Part shown: one piece after another, positions 20,352 to 30,075 of the stretch
Position numbering within the stretch: the stretch's first letter is position 1
Layout: the number at the start of each line of letters is the position of its first letter
NCBI GenBank assembly: GCA_963708025.1
Contig: CAVPSB010000029.1
Span: 64,001 to 128,000, forward strand
DNA length: 64,000 nucleotides
DNA from: an uncultured Candidatus Rokubacteria bacterium
GTDB lineage: Bacteria > Methylomirabilota > Methylomirabilia > Rokubacteriales > DASRDR01
Direction of reading: 5' to 3'
Program-made: the position numbers and the translations under genes
The notes under the pieces: model-generated
What the model was told of the DNA's origin: nothing
Database searches by the model: none
The model's input: the letters and a program-made list of their open reading frames with translations, nothing else

Positions 20352-20768
20352 TCAGTCGAGGGGATGGCGCCAGCGGAGACCGGGGAACCGAGCGTAGTCA
20401 CGGTCAGCCGTTACCCACTCGGCCCCGGACTCGATGGCGAGGGCCGCGAGGTAGCATCGGGCACGAGGCTCGCTCGCGCGCCGGCCCCTCGGCAGAGCCG
20501 AGTGAAGATCGCCCAGCGTCGCTCGCCGGGAGAGACAGAGAGGCAGTTCGGGTGGGCGAGGTCCGTGATCAGGCGTATCGAGCGGAGTCGGATCACGGAA
20601 CACGCGGGGATGCGTGACAACCCCGAGGAAGCCACTGAGGACGAGATCCGTCATGCCGTACGCGGTGTCCGACTGCATGACGTCTCCCAGCCAGGCCCGA
20701 TACCGCGCATGCTCCGGCGCATCGAGCCGGTGGGCGTAGACGAGGACGTTAACGTCGATCAGGAACAG
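20352..20768 (-). pseudogene. vapC: VapC PIN-domain toxin with two compensating frameshifts
   Basis: LIDVNVLVYAHR...VVTHPRVF; the segment RWAIFTRLC...LVPDA lies in another frame; YLAALAIE...TADRDYARFPGLRW. Confidence 0.8.
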
Positions 20769-21006
20769 CCGCGGGCTCCGTCAGGTCGAGCAGTGCAGCG
20801 CTGTCGTCGAGGTCGACTCCAGGCTGGAGGCCGCCAACCCCGAAGGTCGTGAGTTCGACCCGCCCGGGACGACCCGCGCGCCGGCGGCGGGCGAGCGCTT
20901 CCCTGAGGGCGTCCTCGACGAGGGCCGTCATCGTCGTGCCCGACGCGGCGGCGAGCTTCTTGAGCCGCGCGATCAGATCGTCAGGAAGGTTGATCGTCGT
21001 ACGCAT
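20749..21006 (-). CDS. vapB: VapB-like ribbon-helix-helix antitoxin
   Basis: MRTTINLPDDL...LVEDALREAL...PGVDLDDSAALLD; overlaps vapC. Confidence 0.85.
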   Translation of the reverse strand: MRTTINLPDDLIARLKKLAAASGTTMTALVEDALREALARRRRAGRPGRVELTTFGVGGLQPGVDLDDSAALLDLTEPAAVPDRR

Positions 21007-21030
21007 GCATCAAAGCATACGGTCGATGCA

Positions 21031-22266
21031 TCACGATGGCAACTCGGTCACCGGCTCGGGGGCTCTCCCCGGCGGCCGGGCTAGGGCGAGCAGGCCGAGC
21101 GCGAGCAGGTTGAGGACCGCGGCGCCGCCGAAGGCCCAAGCGTAGCTCCGGGTGACGTCGAAGACGAGGCCGCCCAGCACGGGCCCCAGCGACGACGTGG
21201 GGCCGGCGATCCCGAAGATCAGGCCGACGAGGCTGCCCGAGTGCGCCGGGCCGAAGAAGTCGCCGATGATCGCCGGCATCAGCGCGGTGACCGCCCCGTA
21301 GGCGAAGCCGTAGACCCCCGACGCGGCGAAGAGGCTCGGGGCGCCCGTCGGCAGCGCCAGGCCGACGAAGGCGAGCGCCTGGAGGGCGAGCGAGACGGCG
21401 AGCGCCGCCCGGCGGCCGATCCGATCGGAGACGGCGCCCATGGTCAGACGCCCCGCCAGGGAGCCGGCGCCGAGGGCCGACAGCGCGGTGGCGCCGGCGG
21501 CGGGCGAGAGCCCGAGGTCCTGCGCCAGCGGGACCAGGTGCACCGGCGCCATGAAGACCGGGATCCAGGTGGCGGTGTAGACGCCGGCCAGTGCCAGGAA
21601 CGACGGGTGGCGGAGGGCGCGCCGCACGGGCCAGCTCGGGGCTCCGGGCTCGGCCGCCCGGTCCCCGGCCGGCGCGCCGCCGTAGGGCCGGAGGCCGCGG
21701 GCGGCCGGGTCCCGGACGAGGAGCCGGGAGAGCCCGGCGAGCGTCAGCGCGAGCCCGGCGCCGAGGGTCAGGTAGGTGGCGCGCCAGCCGGCGCGGTCGA
21801 TGAGCAGGGCGATCAGGCGCGGGCAGACCAGGACACCCACGCCGGCGCCGGCCATGACGAGGCCCACCGCGGTGCCGCGGCGGGCGGTGAACCACCGGAC
21901 GGCGGTCGAGCTGCACGGCACGTAGGCGGTGCTCATGCCGAGGCCGGCCACGAAGTACGTCGCGTAGAGCGGCGCTAGCGAACGGACCGTGCCCGAGGCG
22001 CCGAGCCCGAGCCCGAGGAGCAGCCCGCCCAGGGCGACGACGCGCTGCGGCCCCCAGCGGTCAGTGAGCCGGCCTGCGATCAGCCCCGTGAATGAGTACG
22101 TGCCCGCGTAGAGCGAGAAGACGCCGGCCAGCGCGGCCCGGCTCCAGCCGAACTCGGCGGTGAGCGCGGCGAAGAAGAGGCCGAAGGCGTACTGGACGCC
22201 GTAGGTGAGGAACATCACCATGAAGCCGGCCGCGACGACCACCCACCCGTAGTGCAGTCGGCTCAT
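21031..22266 (-). CDS. MFS transporter (OFA/MCT-like)
   Basis: YGWVVVAAG, GRLTDRWGPQR and GAVSDRIGRR motifs; multiple hydrophobic segments. Confidence 0.9.
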   Translation of the reverse strand: MSRLHYGWVVVAAGFMVMFLTYGVQYAFGLFFAALTAEFGWSRAALAGVFSLYAGTYSFTGLIAGRLTDRWGPQRVVALGGLLLGLGLGASGTVRSLAPLYATYFVAGLGMSTAYVPCSSTAVRWFTARRGTAVGLVMAGAGVGVLVCPRLIALLIDRAGWRATYLTLGAGLALTLAGLSRLLVRDPAARGLRPYGGAPAGDRAAEPGAPSWPVRRALRHPSFLALAGVYTATWIPVFMAPVHLVPLAQDLGLSPAAGATALSALGAGSLAGRLTMGAVSDRIGRRAALAVSLALQALAFVGLALPTGAPSLFAASGVYGFAYGAVTALMPAIIGDFFGPAHSGSLVGLIFGIAGPTSSLGPVLGGLVFDVTRSYAWAFGGAAVLNLLALGLLALARPPGRAPEPVTELPS

Positions 22267-22353
22267 CCCTGCCGCTCTTCGACTGGATGGAGATGCCCCG
22301 GAGGAGACTCCCTCCGGCCCTAACGTCCTGAGGGGACCGAGGTCATAGAAGGC

Positions 22354-22578
22354 GGGGGCAGGGCCGAGGAGCGAGCAGCGCCCACAGGCCGAAGGCCGTC
22401 CGAGAGACGCAGGGAGTCGCCGACCGCAGGCGTATGCCGCATACGCCGAGGATCGGCGACGAACCGAGGACGACCATAGGTCGGGACGGACGCCCAAGGG
22501 CCGAAGGCCGTCCGACCGTCGTAGGCCGAGCGCGTCTCGACCGAGATGGACATTGCGAAGCTCATCGGCCCTGCCCCC
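22354..22578. mobile_element. MITE/REP-like element with 14-bp terminal inverted repeats
   Basis: GGGGGCAGGGCCGA (22354-22367) / TCGGCCCTGCCCCC (22565-22578); internal GGCCGAAGGCC hairpins and GCGTATGCCGCATACGC. Confidence 0.65.
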
Positions 22579-23051
22579 TACATCGTGTCGTGGGCGTGGG
22601 GGTGGAGGAGTCTCGCCTCGATCCGGCCGAGCACCTCCAGGATGAGCAGGGCCAGGACGGTGCCGACGAGCGGGACCCAGATCAAGCCCGCGCCCACCGC
22701 CAGGCCGATCGCCGCCGCGATCCAGACCGAGCTGGCCGTGGTCAGGCCCTTGACCAGCCCCTGGCCCTCCAGCTTGATGATCGCGCCGGCGCCGATGAAC
22801 CCGATGCCGGTGGCGATCCCCTGGATCACGCGCGTGATGTCGGCGGCCGCCGCGCCCGCCTCGAGCGGCGCCAGCACGAACAGGGCGGAGCCCAGGGAGA
22901 CCAGCATGTGAGTGCGGAGCCCGGCCGTCTTGCCGAGCCGCCCGCGTTCCCAGCCGAGCGCGCCCCCGAACAGGGCGGCCAGGGTCAGCCGGACGGCGAC
23001 GCGGAGCGCCGCCCCGAAATCGGGGTTCTGGATGATCGCGTCCAGCGACAC
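22578..23051 (-). CDS. mgtC: MgtC/SapB family membrane protein
   Basis: GWER...AGLRTHMLV, GIGFIGAG and GLTTASSVW motifs. Confidence 0.9.
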   Translation of the reverse strand: MSLDAIIQNPDFGAALRVAVRLTLAALFGGALGWERGRLGKTAGLRTHMLVSLGSALFVLAPLEAGAAAADITRVIQGIATGIGFIGAGAIIKLEGQGLVKGLTTASSVWIAAAIGLAVGAGLIWVPLVGTVLALLILEVLGRIEARLLHPHAHDTM

Positions 23052-23081
23052 GTGTCCCCCCTCCCCGGTCGCTCGCCGCCG

Positions 23082-25889
23082 CTATCGGCCGCGGCGATCG
23101 GCGCCCGCGCCGTGCCTGACCAGGACCTCCCGCAGGTACTTTCCGGTGTACGACGCGGCGACCTGGGCCACGACCTCCGGCGACCCCTCGGCCACGATCT
23201 CGCCGCCGGCCTCCCCCGCCTCGGGACCGAGGTCCAGGATCCAGTCGGCGCTCTTGATGACGTCGAGGTGGTGCTCGACGACCAGGACCGTGTTCCCGGC
23301 GTCGACGAGCCGCTGGAGGACGCCGAGGAGCCGCCGGATGTCGTCGAGGTGCAACCCGGTCGTGGGCTCGTCGAGAATGTAGAGGACGTCCCGCCCGAGC
23401 CGCGCCCCCAGCTCGGCGGCGATCTTCAAGCGCTGCGCCTCCCCGCCCGAGAGCGTCGTGGCCGGCTGCCCGAGCCGCAGGTACCCGAGCCCGACCTCCT
23501 GGAGGACCTGGAGCCGCCGGACGAGGGCCGGCACGGCCCCGAACAGCTCGACGGCCTCGTCCACGGTGAGCTGGAGCACCTGGCTCACGTCCTTGCCCCG
23601 GTACGTGACCTCGCGGACCTCGGCGCGGTAGCGCCGGCCCTCGCAGGCCTGGCAGGTGACGTAGACGTCCTCGAAGAAGTACATCTCGAGCTTCTCGAAG
23701 CCGTCGCCCTCGCACGTCTCGCAGCGCCCGCCCGGCACGTTGAACGAGAAGTGACCGGGGCCGAACCCGAGGGTCTTGGCCCGGGGCAGCCCGGCGAAGA
23801 GCTTGCGGATCTCGTCGAACGCCTTGATGTAGGTCACCGGGTTCGACCGGGGTGTCCGGCCGATCGGCTCCTGGTCGATGAGCTTCACGCCGCCGAGGTG
23901 CTCGAGGCCCGTGAGCGCGTCGTACGCCCCCGGACTGTCGAACTCGGCCTTGAAGGCCCGCGCTACCGCCCGGTACAGGGTGTCGTGGACGAGCGTGGAC
24001 TTGCCGGAGCCCGAGACGCCGGTGACGCAGGTGAGCGTGTGGAGCGGGATGCGGGCCGTGATGGCCTTGAGGTTGTGCTGGCGGGCGCCGACCAGGGCGA
24101 GCCAGCGGCCGCTCCCGTCCCGGCGGCCGAGCGGGAGCGGGATCGTCTCACGACCCGACAGATAGCGGGCGGTCAGCGACCGCGGATCGCGGGCGAACTC
24201 GTCGCGCGGCCCGGCGAAGATGACCTCGCCCCCCCGCTCGCCGGAGCCCGGGCCCAGCTCCACGCAGTAGTCGGCCGCCTCGATGAAGCTCCGGTCGTGC
24301 TCGACCACGACGACGGTGTTCCCGGCGTAGGCCAGCTCGCGACACAGCTCGGCCAGCCGGCTCACGTCCCGGGCGTGGAGGCCGATGGAGGGCTCGTCCA
24401 GGACGTACAGCGTGCCGACGAGCTGGGCGCCAAGCTGGGTGGCCAGGGCGATCCGCTGGGCCTCGCCGCCGGAGAGCGTGCGCGTCTGGCGGTCGAGCGC
24501 GAGGTAGCCGAGCCCCACCCGCCGGAGGAACGCTAGCTTCGCCTGGAGCCGGGCGCGAACGTCGCGCGCCACCTCGGTCTCCCACGCCGTCAGCCCGAGC
24601 CCGTCGAGCCAGGCGGCGACGTCGTCCACCGTCCGGCGGCAGAGCTCGGCGATGGTGAGGCCGTCCACGGTGACGGCGAGCGCCTCCGGCCGGAGCCGCG
24701 CCCCGCGGCACGTCGGGCAGGGTGCCTGGCTGCGATAGCGCGAGAGGAACACGCGGACGTGGAGCTTGTAGCGATACCCCTCGATCTCCTCGAAGAAGCC
24801 CCGGACCCCGCAGAAGTCGTCGTCGCCGTCCTGGACCCATCGCCGCGCCGCCTCGGGCAGCTCCCGGTAGGGGACCTTGACGTCCACCTTGCGGCGGCGG
24901 GCGGTCCGCATCAGCTCCTTCTGGTACCACTCCCCGGACGGGTGTCGCCACGGCTGGACCGCGCCGTCGGCGAGCGAGAGGGTCGGATCCGGCACCACCC
25001 GGCTCTCGTCGTAGCGGAGGAGGTGGCCGAAGCCGCGACACTCGGGGCACGCGCCGACCGGGTGGTTGAAGGAGAAGAGGAGCGGCTGGGGGCGCTCGAT
25101 CGCCTGCCCGCAGGCGTGACAGCCGAAGCGGTCGCCGTAGCGGTGAAGGGCGGGTGGCTGACCGTCGCGGAGGACCTCCACCACCGCGCGCCCGCCCCCC
25201 TCGCGGAAGGCCTGCTCCAACGAGCCGGCCATCCGGCTCTGGCGTGCGGGTTCCAGGGGCAGCCGGTCGAGGACGACGAGGAGCTCGGGGTGGCCGGTCA
25301 GATCGACGGCCGGCAGCGGCGTCAGCGGCTGGATCTCGTCACCGATCTTCACCCGCACGAAGCCGCGGGCGGCGAGGCGCCCCAGGAACTCCGCGGCCGG
25401 CTCCTTGGTCGGGACGGGGAGCGGGAACATGACGAGGGCGCGCGCGCCGGGCCAGGCGCGGCACAGCTCGTCGGCGACCCGGTCGGGGGCGTCGGCCCGC
25501 GCCTCCCGGCCGCAGCGGGGGCAGTGGACGCGGCCGATCCTCGCGTAGAGGAGGCGCAGGTAGTCGGCCAGCTCGGTGGCGGTCCCGACGGTGGAGCGGG
25601 CCGTGCGTACGGGATTCTTCTGCTCCAGCGCGATGGCCGGCCGGATGTGCTCTACCTGGTTGACGTCGGGCCGGTCGATCCGCTCGAGGAACATCCGCGC
25701 GTAGGACGAGAGCGACTCGACGAAGCGCCACTGGCCCTCGGCGAAGATCGTGTCAAAGGCGAGCGAGGACTTCCCGGACCCCGAGACGCCGGTCACGACC
25801 GTGAGCTGGTCGTGCGGCAGCGCGAGCGAGACGTTCTTCAGGTTGTTCTGTCGGGCTCCGTGGATCCGGAGCCATGAGGACTGCGCCAT
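23082..25889 (-). CDS. uvrA: Excinuclease ABC subunit UvrA (possibly a paralog)
   Basis: GARQNNLK; two GVSGSGKS Walker A motifs; two LSGGEAQR motifs; zinc fingers; [10 protein letters not shown]. Confidence 0.93.
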   Translation of the reverse strand: MAQSSWLRIHGARQNNLKNVSLALPHDQLTVVTGVSGSGKSSLAFDTIFAEGQWRFVESLSSYARMFLERIDRPDVNQVEHIRPAIALEQKNPVRTARSTVGTATELADYLRLLYARIGRVHCPRCGREARADAPDRVADELCRAWPGARALVMFPLPVPTKEPAAEFLGRLAARGFVRVKIGDEIQPLTPLPAVDLTGHPELLVVLDRLPLEPARQSRMAGSLEQAFREGGGRAVVEVLRDGQPPALHRYGDRFGCHACGQAIERPQPLLFSFNHPVGACPECRGFGHLLRYDESRVVPDPTLSLADGAVQPWRHPSGEWYQKELMRTARRRKVDVKVPYRELPEAARRWVQDGDDDFCGVRGFFEEIEGYRYKLHVRVFLSRYRSQAPCPTCRGARLRPEALAVTVDGLTIAELCRRTVDDVAAWLDGLGLTAWETEVARDVRARLQAKLAFLRRVGLGYLALDRQTRTLSGGEAQRIALATQLGAQLVGTLYVLDEPSIGLHARDVSRLAELCRELAYAGNTVVVVEHDRSFIEAADYCVELGPGSGERGGEVIFAGPRDEFARDPRSLTARYLSGRETIPLPLGRRDGSGRWLALVGARQHNLKAITARIPLHTLTCVTGVSGSGKSTLVHDTLYRAVARAFKAEFDSPGAYDALTGLEHLGGVKLIDQEPIGRTPRSNPVTYIKAFDEIRKLFAGLPRAKTLGFGPGHFSFNVPGGRCETCEGDGFEKLEMYFFEDVYVTCQACEGRRYRAEVREVTYRGKDVSQVLQLTVDEAVELFGAVPALVRRLQVLQEVGLGYLRLGQPATTLSGGEAQRLKIAAELGARLGRDVLYILDEPTTGLHLDDIRRLLGVLQRLVDAGNTVLVVEHHLDVIKSADWILDLGPEAGEAGGEIVAEGSPEVVAQVAASYTGKYLREVLVRHGAGADRRGR

Positions 25890-26022
25890 GCCGTCGAACC
25901 CCCTGAGGGGCGATTGTACCGCGACCCGGAGGCGGCGGCGAGGAGCGGAGGCCGAGTCTCTCGCGCGCGACGGGCGGATCGAGCCCGACCTTCGAGCTCT
26001 TGGCGAGCTCTTGGCGACGCCT

Positions 26023-26176
26023 TGAACCAATGCCGACGACTCTGACTCCATCACCCGTCGGCTTCTCGCAACCCTCGGACTCGGGCCACGCGGCCGTGAC
26101 GTTCGGCTTCGAGCCGCGGCTTCGCCGCGGCCTCCGAGGGGGGGCTTCGGGGGGGCTTCCGAGACCCCCCGGAAGT
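26023..26176 (-). repeat. Dispersed ~150-bp palindromic repeat, copy 1
   Basis: Reverse complement aligns by eye with 41252-41393. Confidence 0.8.
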
Positions 26177-26177
26177 C

Positions 26178-27379
26178 TTAGTCGCGCAGGAACTTCCGGA
26201 TGGTCTCCCCGGCCTTGGCGACGGCGAGGACGCCGTCCAGGTGGCCGCCGTCCCCCTCGATCTCGACGTACTCGACCGACTTTCCCTCCTTCTTCAGGAG
26301 CGCCATCGCCTGCTTCGAGTAGTCGGGGAACAGCAGCAGGTCCGACGACGCCGGGATCAGGAGGACCCTGGCCTTCACGTCGCGGAGGCCTTCCGGGAGC
26401 GACCCCTTGTGTCCCGTGACGAAGAGCTGATTGGCCTTCACCAGATAGAGGAAGTGGTTGGCGTCGGACACCTTGGCCCGCGCCGCGGCGGTCCTGTCCA
26501 GGACGTCCTCGACCGCGAACTTGTTCTCCCAGCCCCTGGCCGGGTCACGGTCGGCGGCCGCCCACTTGCGACCGAACGCCTTCTCGGCCCAGCCGTAGTG
26601 GCGGGCGTGGAGGGTGACCGTCTTGAGCGCCAGCGCCAGGCCTTCGAGCGGCGCTTCCTTGTCGTAGTAGTCACCCCGGTTCCACCGGGGATCCATGAGG
26701 ATGGGCGCCGCCCAGATGTTGAGCCAGCCGATCATGTAGGCGTTGGCTTCGACGGCGCCGATGACCGGGATGACGCGCTCGACCATGTCGGGATAGGCGG
26801 CGGCCCATTCGAAGCTCTGGAGGGCTCCCATGGAGGCGCCGGTGACGGCGTGGAGCTTCTTGACGCCGAGCGAGTCGAGGAGCGCCTTCTGGACGTTGAC
26901 GAAGTCGCGGATGGTGACGACGGGGAACGTCATCCCGTACGGCCGGCCGGTGTCGGGATCGATCGAGGCCGGACCGGTGGTGACGGTGTTCGGTCCTTGG
27001 TGTTGAGGTTCACCAGCGTGTCCGCGCTGATGACGAAGAACCGGTCGGTGTCGATCGGCTTTCCGGACCCGATGATGGCGTCCCAGTAGCCCGGCGCCGC
27101 GTCGCTCGCCTGGTACTTGCCGGCGGCGTGGGAATTGCCGGAGAAGAAGTGGGCGACCAGGACGACGTTGTCCCGGGCGGCGTTCAGCGTCCCGTAGCTC
27201 TCGTAGCCGACGCGGACGTTCTTGATGGTCTGGCCGCCCACCGTGGTGTAGGACGGCATGGTGAAGACCTTCTTCTCCACGGGGCCGTCGTACGCCCAGC
27301 CGGGGGCGGCGACGGCGAGGCCGATCAGCACGAGCGCGAGCGCGGGGAGCGAGCGGGCGGCGTGGACGAGGCGAGTCAT
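26178..27379 (-). CDS. MetX-like (homoserine O-acetyltransferase family) alpha/beta hydrolase with a signal peptide (one frameshift near 26993)
   Basis: YGTLNAARDNVVLVAH, GYWDAIIG, FPVVTIRDFV, GASMGALQ and GGHLDG motifs; N-terminal signal peptide. Confidence 0.85.
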
Positions 27380-27514
27380 GGGGATTCCTCCACTTCTGTC
27401 CGGCGTCGGACATCCGGGCGGGGCTGCGGCTGGCCCGGACCCTAGCAGACGGCGCGCGCCGATGTCAATGGATCGTCCTGCCGCCCCTCGTGGTCATGAT
27501 CATGGCTCCTTACG

Positions 27515-27530
27515 TGGCATTACTTGTGCA
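27515..27530 (+). promoter_or_regulatory. Sigma54-like promoter TGGCATTACTTGTGCA
   Basis: GG-N10-GC spacing; upstream of DUF302-SHOCT. Confidence 0.45.
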
Positions 27531-27736
27531 CACCGAGACCACTGTGGATCGATCTGGACGAGAGATCCGGAAGCCCGGTCGGTCGCCATCGGTTCGGCGT
27601 CCCCCGTGCGCATGGTGGCACCCCGGTGCACCAGTTCCCGCCTGGGCGGGTAGAGTCTGCGGCCGGAATGGAGGAGTTGGCCATGCCACGGCCCCGACCG
27701 TTGCGGTGGTCCAGCACGTGAAACAGGAGGACAGCC

Positions 27737-28120
27737 ATGCTTCACATCGTTGAGTCGCGCAAGCCGCTGGATCGGGTCGCGAAGGACTTCGTCGAAGCCG
27801 CAGCTCGCCACAAGTTCGGCGTACTGGGCGTTCACGATCTCAAGGCCAAGATGGCCGAGAAGGGCGTGACGTTCGACCACGAGTGCCGGATCTTCGAGGT
27901 CTGCAACCCGCACCAGGCCAAGAAGGTGCTCGACACCAACCTGGCGATCTCGACCGCCCTGCCGTGCCGGGTCTCGGTCTACGAGGAGGGCGGGATCACG
28001 AAGCTCGCCACGATCAAGCCGACGGCCATGATCGCGCTGTACGGGAACCCTGAGCTCAAGGGAGTCGCCGAGGACGTGGAGACGACCCTCGACCGGATCA
28101 TGGCGGAGGCCGCCCAATAG
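27737..28120 (+). CDS. DUF302 domain protein
   Basis: FGVLGVHDL, IFEVCNP and LPCRVSVYE motifs. Confidence 0.9.
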   Translation: MLHIVESRKPLDRVAKDFVEAAARHKFGVLGVHDLKAKMAEKGVTFDHECRIFEVCNPHQAKKVLDTNLAISTALPCRVSVYEEGGITKLATIKPTAMIALYGNPELKGVAEDVETTLDRIMAEAAQ

Positions 28121-28161
28121 GAGGCCACGGCGGTACCACGCAGCTGACACGGAGGTCCGTG

Positions 28162-28536
28162 ATGGAGAGAAACACGGTCCGTGGGACGAACCTCACCGGA
28201 AGACCCCCGTCATGGAAGACGCTGGCCGGCGGACTGTGTGGCGGGCTGAGTGGCATCGCCGCCCTCCCCATCAGCGCGTGGGCGCAGGAGCGCCCGTGGG
28301 GCTGGGGCTGGCATCCGATGTGGGGGGTATGGGGAGCGTGGGGCGTCGGCATGATGCTGTTCATGCTTGCGTTCTGGGTCCTGGTGATCGTGGGCGTGGT
28401 GCTGGGGATCCGTTGGCTGGCGACCCAGGGACGCGAGTCGCGAGCTGACACCGCGCTGGAGATCCTGCGGCAGCGCTACGCGCGGGGCGAGATCAACAAG
28501 GAGGAGTTCGAGGCCAAGAAGCGGGATCTGAGCTGA
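28162..28536 (+). CDS. SHOCT domain membrane protein
   Basis: WG/M-rich segment, one TM helix, ALEILRQRYARGEINKEEFE. Confidence 0.88.
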   Translation: MERNTVRGTNLTGRPPSWKTLAGGLCGGLSGIAALPISAWAQERPWGWGWHPMWGVWGAWGVGMMLFMLAFWVLVIVGVVLGIRWLATQGRESRADTALEILRQRYARGEINKEEFEAKKRDLS

Positions 28537-28732
28537 TCGGTCTCCGAGGGTCGGTGCACCAGGCGGGGTATGTGGCCAGGTAGGCAGCGCCCCGTCGGTG
28601 GGGCACCGCCGCCCCACCTGCTGTTCGGATGCCCCACTCCCCGCCCTGACCGGGTGCCGGGGCGTCGGTGATCCCCTCCGCCTCGTCAATGCTGGAGGAC
28701 AGTTGGCGGGCCCTTACCGACGCGGGTCCGAT

Positions 28733-28749
28733 CTGGCAAGCACTTTGCT
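28733..28749 (+). promoter_or_regulatory. Sigma54 promoter CTGGCAAGCACTTTGCT
   Basis: Matches TGGCA-N6-TTGC (GG-N10-GC); a near-identical motif lies at 38972-38988. Confidence 0.7.
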
Positions 28750-28791
28750 CGAACCATGATCGACATGCGTTTCGGACGAGGTGCTCCAGCC

Positions 28792-29016
28792 ATGCGCGCC
28801 GCGGGGTTCATTGCCCTGCTCCTCATCGCGGCCTCGATCCCCTGCCTTGTCCATGCCGATTCCGGTGACTCCGATGATCTCTGCCTCAGCTTCGGCCCGC
28901 TCGTCGGGCCGATCGCGGTGCCCCTCCTTCTCCCGGCCGGTGACTCTCACGCGGCTCCCGTGACCGTTCACCAGGCCGTGCCGGTCAACCTGCCCGTTCC
29001 CCCGCCCGAGGCCTGA
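28792..29016 (+). CDS. Small leader ORF: signal peptide, C-x12-C, C-terminal LPVPPPEA
   Basis: Paralog of 38714-38944; first ORF after the sigma54 site (alternative starts at 28756 and 28765). Confidence 0.7.
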   Translation: MRAAGFIALLLIAASIPCLVHADSGDSDDLCLSFGPLVGPIAVPLLLPAGDSHAAPVTVHQAVPVNLPVPPPEA

Positions 29017-29133
29017 CGCCCCCGGACCCGCGCGCTCGAACGCGCGGGTGAACCGACTCGAACGACACAGGCCGGCGCCGCGCCGCGCGCCGCCGGCCAT
29101 CCGAGGGCCATCTCGGGCGCAAAGGGGGCGCTG

Positions 29134-30075
29134 GTGTTCGATCACCATGAAGTCCGCCCGGCTCGCCGACCGGCCGCACGGCCGGTCCGGACGACGGGTC
29201 GGGGTCTGCTCGTCGCGGTGGCGACGCTCGCCGTCCTGGGCACCGCCGGGGCGGGGGCGCAGACGCCGCCTCACGGGATGCCGGGGTCGCTGCCGGGCCC
29301 CGGCGCGGAGATGGCCCACGACCGGCCCTTCTACCGGGAGGGGACGTTCCACGCGCTCGTCGGCGCCGTCCTGATCGGCGGCGCCCTCGTCGCCTACCGG
29401 TTCCTACGTTCCCGGCCGCGCTGGCGTGCCAGGCCGGCCGGGTTCGTGAGCGAGGCCGTCCTGGCGGTCAACCTCATGGACTCCACCCACCTGGCGACGC
29501 ACTACGGCGAGGCGGTGGCCCTGCGTGCGCGGAATGCCCTGGAGGAACAGGTTCGCCGCCTGACCGAGGCGACGCGCGCGTTCCTCGAGACGACCGGCGA
29601 CGGCTGCCTCGTGACGTTCCCGGCCGTGACGCCCGCGCTCGAGTCGGCCGTCGCGCTCGTCCGGGAGCGGCACGAGGGGCCGACCGACCTGGGGCCGGCA
29701 GGCCGGCTCGAGGTCCGGGTCGGCGTGACGTACGGCGAGATCCTCCTCGACGCGCGCGGTGTCCGCCATGGCACCGCCATCAACAAGGCCTATCGGCTCC
29801 TCAGCGTGAAGGCCAAGGATCTCGTCGAGCTGAAGGGCGACGCCGAGGGGACGGCGCTGTCCGAGCGGACCCGGATCCTGGTCGATGAGGACGCGGCGCA
29901 GGAGGTGGGCCGCACCGTGGGACTCGGGTTCGTCGGTTACGCCCGGCTGAGGGGCTTCACCGGCCTCCACGGTCTGTACGAGGCGAGATGGCGGGCTGGC
30001 ACCCAGCCGACCCCGCCCGCCGGCGCCGCGGACCCGCAGGGCCGGGCCTCCGGCCCGCACGGAGGCATCCTGTGA
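29134..30075 (+). CDS. Membrane-anchored degenerate class III nucleotidyl cyclase
   Basis: VNLMDST, ETTGDG, VRVGVTYG, GTAINKAYRL and LRGF motifs; the true start is uncertain. Confidence 0.75.
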   Translation: MFDHHEVRPARRPAARPVRTTGRGLLVAVATLAVLGTAGAGAQTPPHGMPGSLPGPGAEMAHDRPFYREGTFHALVGAVLIGGALVAYRFLRSRPRWRARPAGFVSEAVLAVNLMDSTHLATHYGEAVALRARNALEEQVRRLTEATRAFLETTGDGCLVTFPAVTPALESAVALVRERHEGPTDLGPAGRLEVRVGVTYGEILLDARGVRHGTAINKAYRLLSVKAKDLVELKGDAEGTALSERTRILVDEDAAQEVGRTVGLGFVGYARLRGFTGLHGLYEARWRAGTQPTPPAGAADPQGRASGPHGGIL

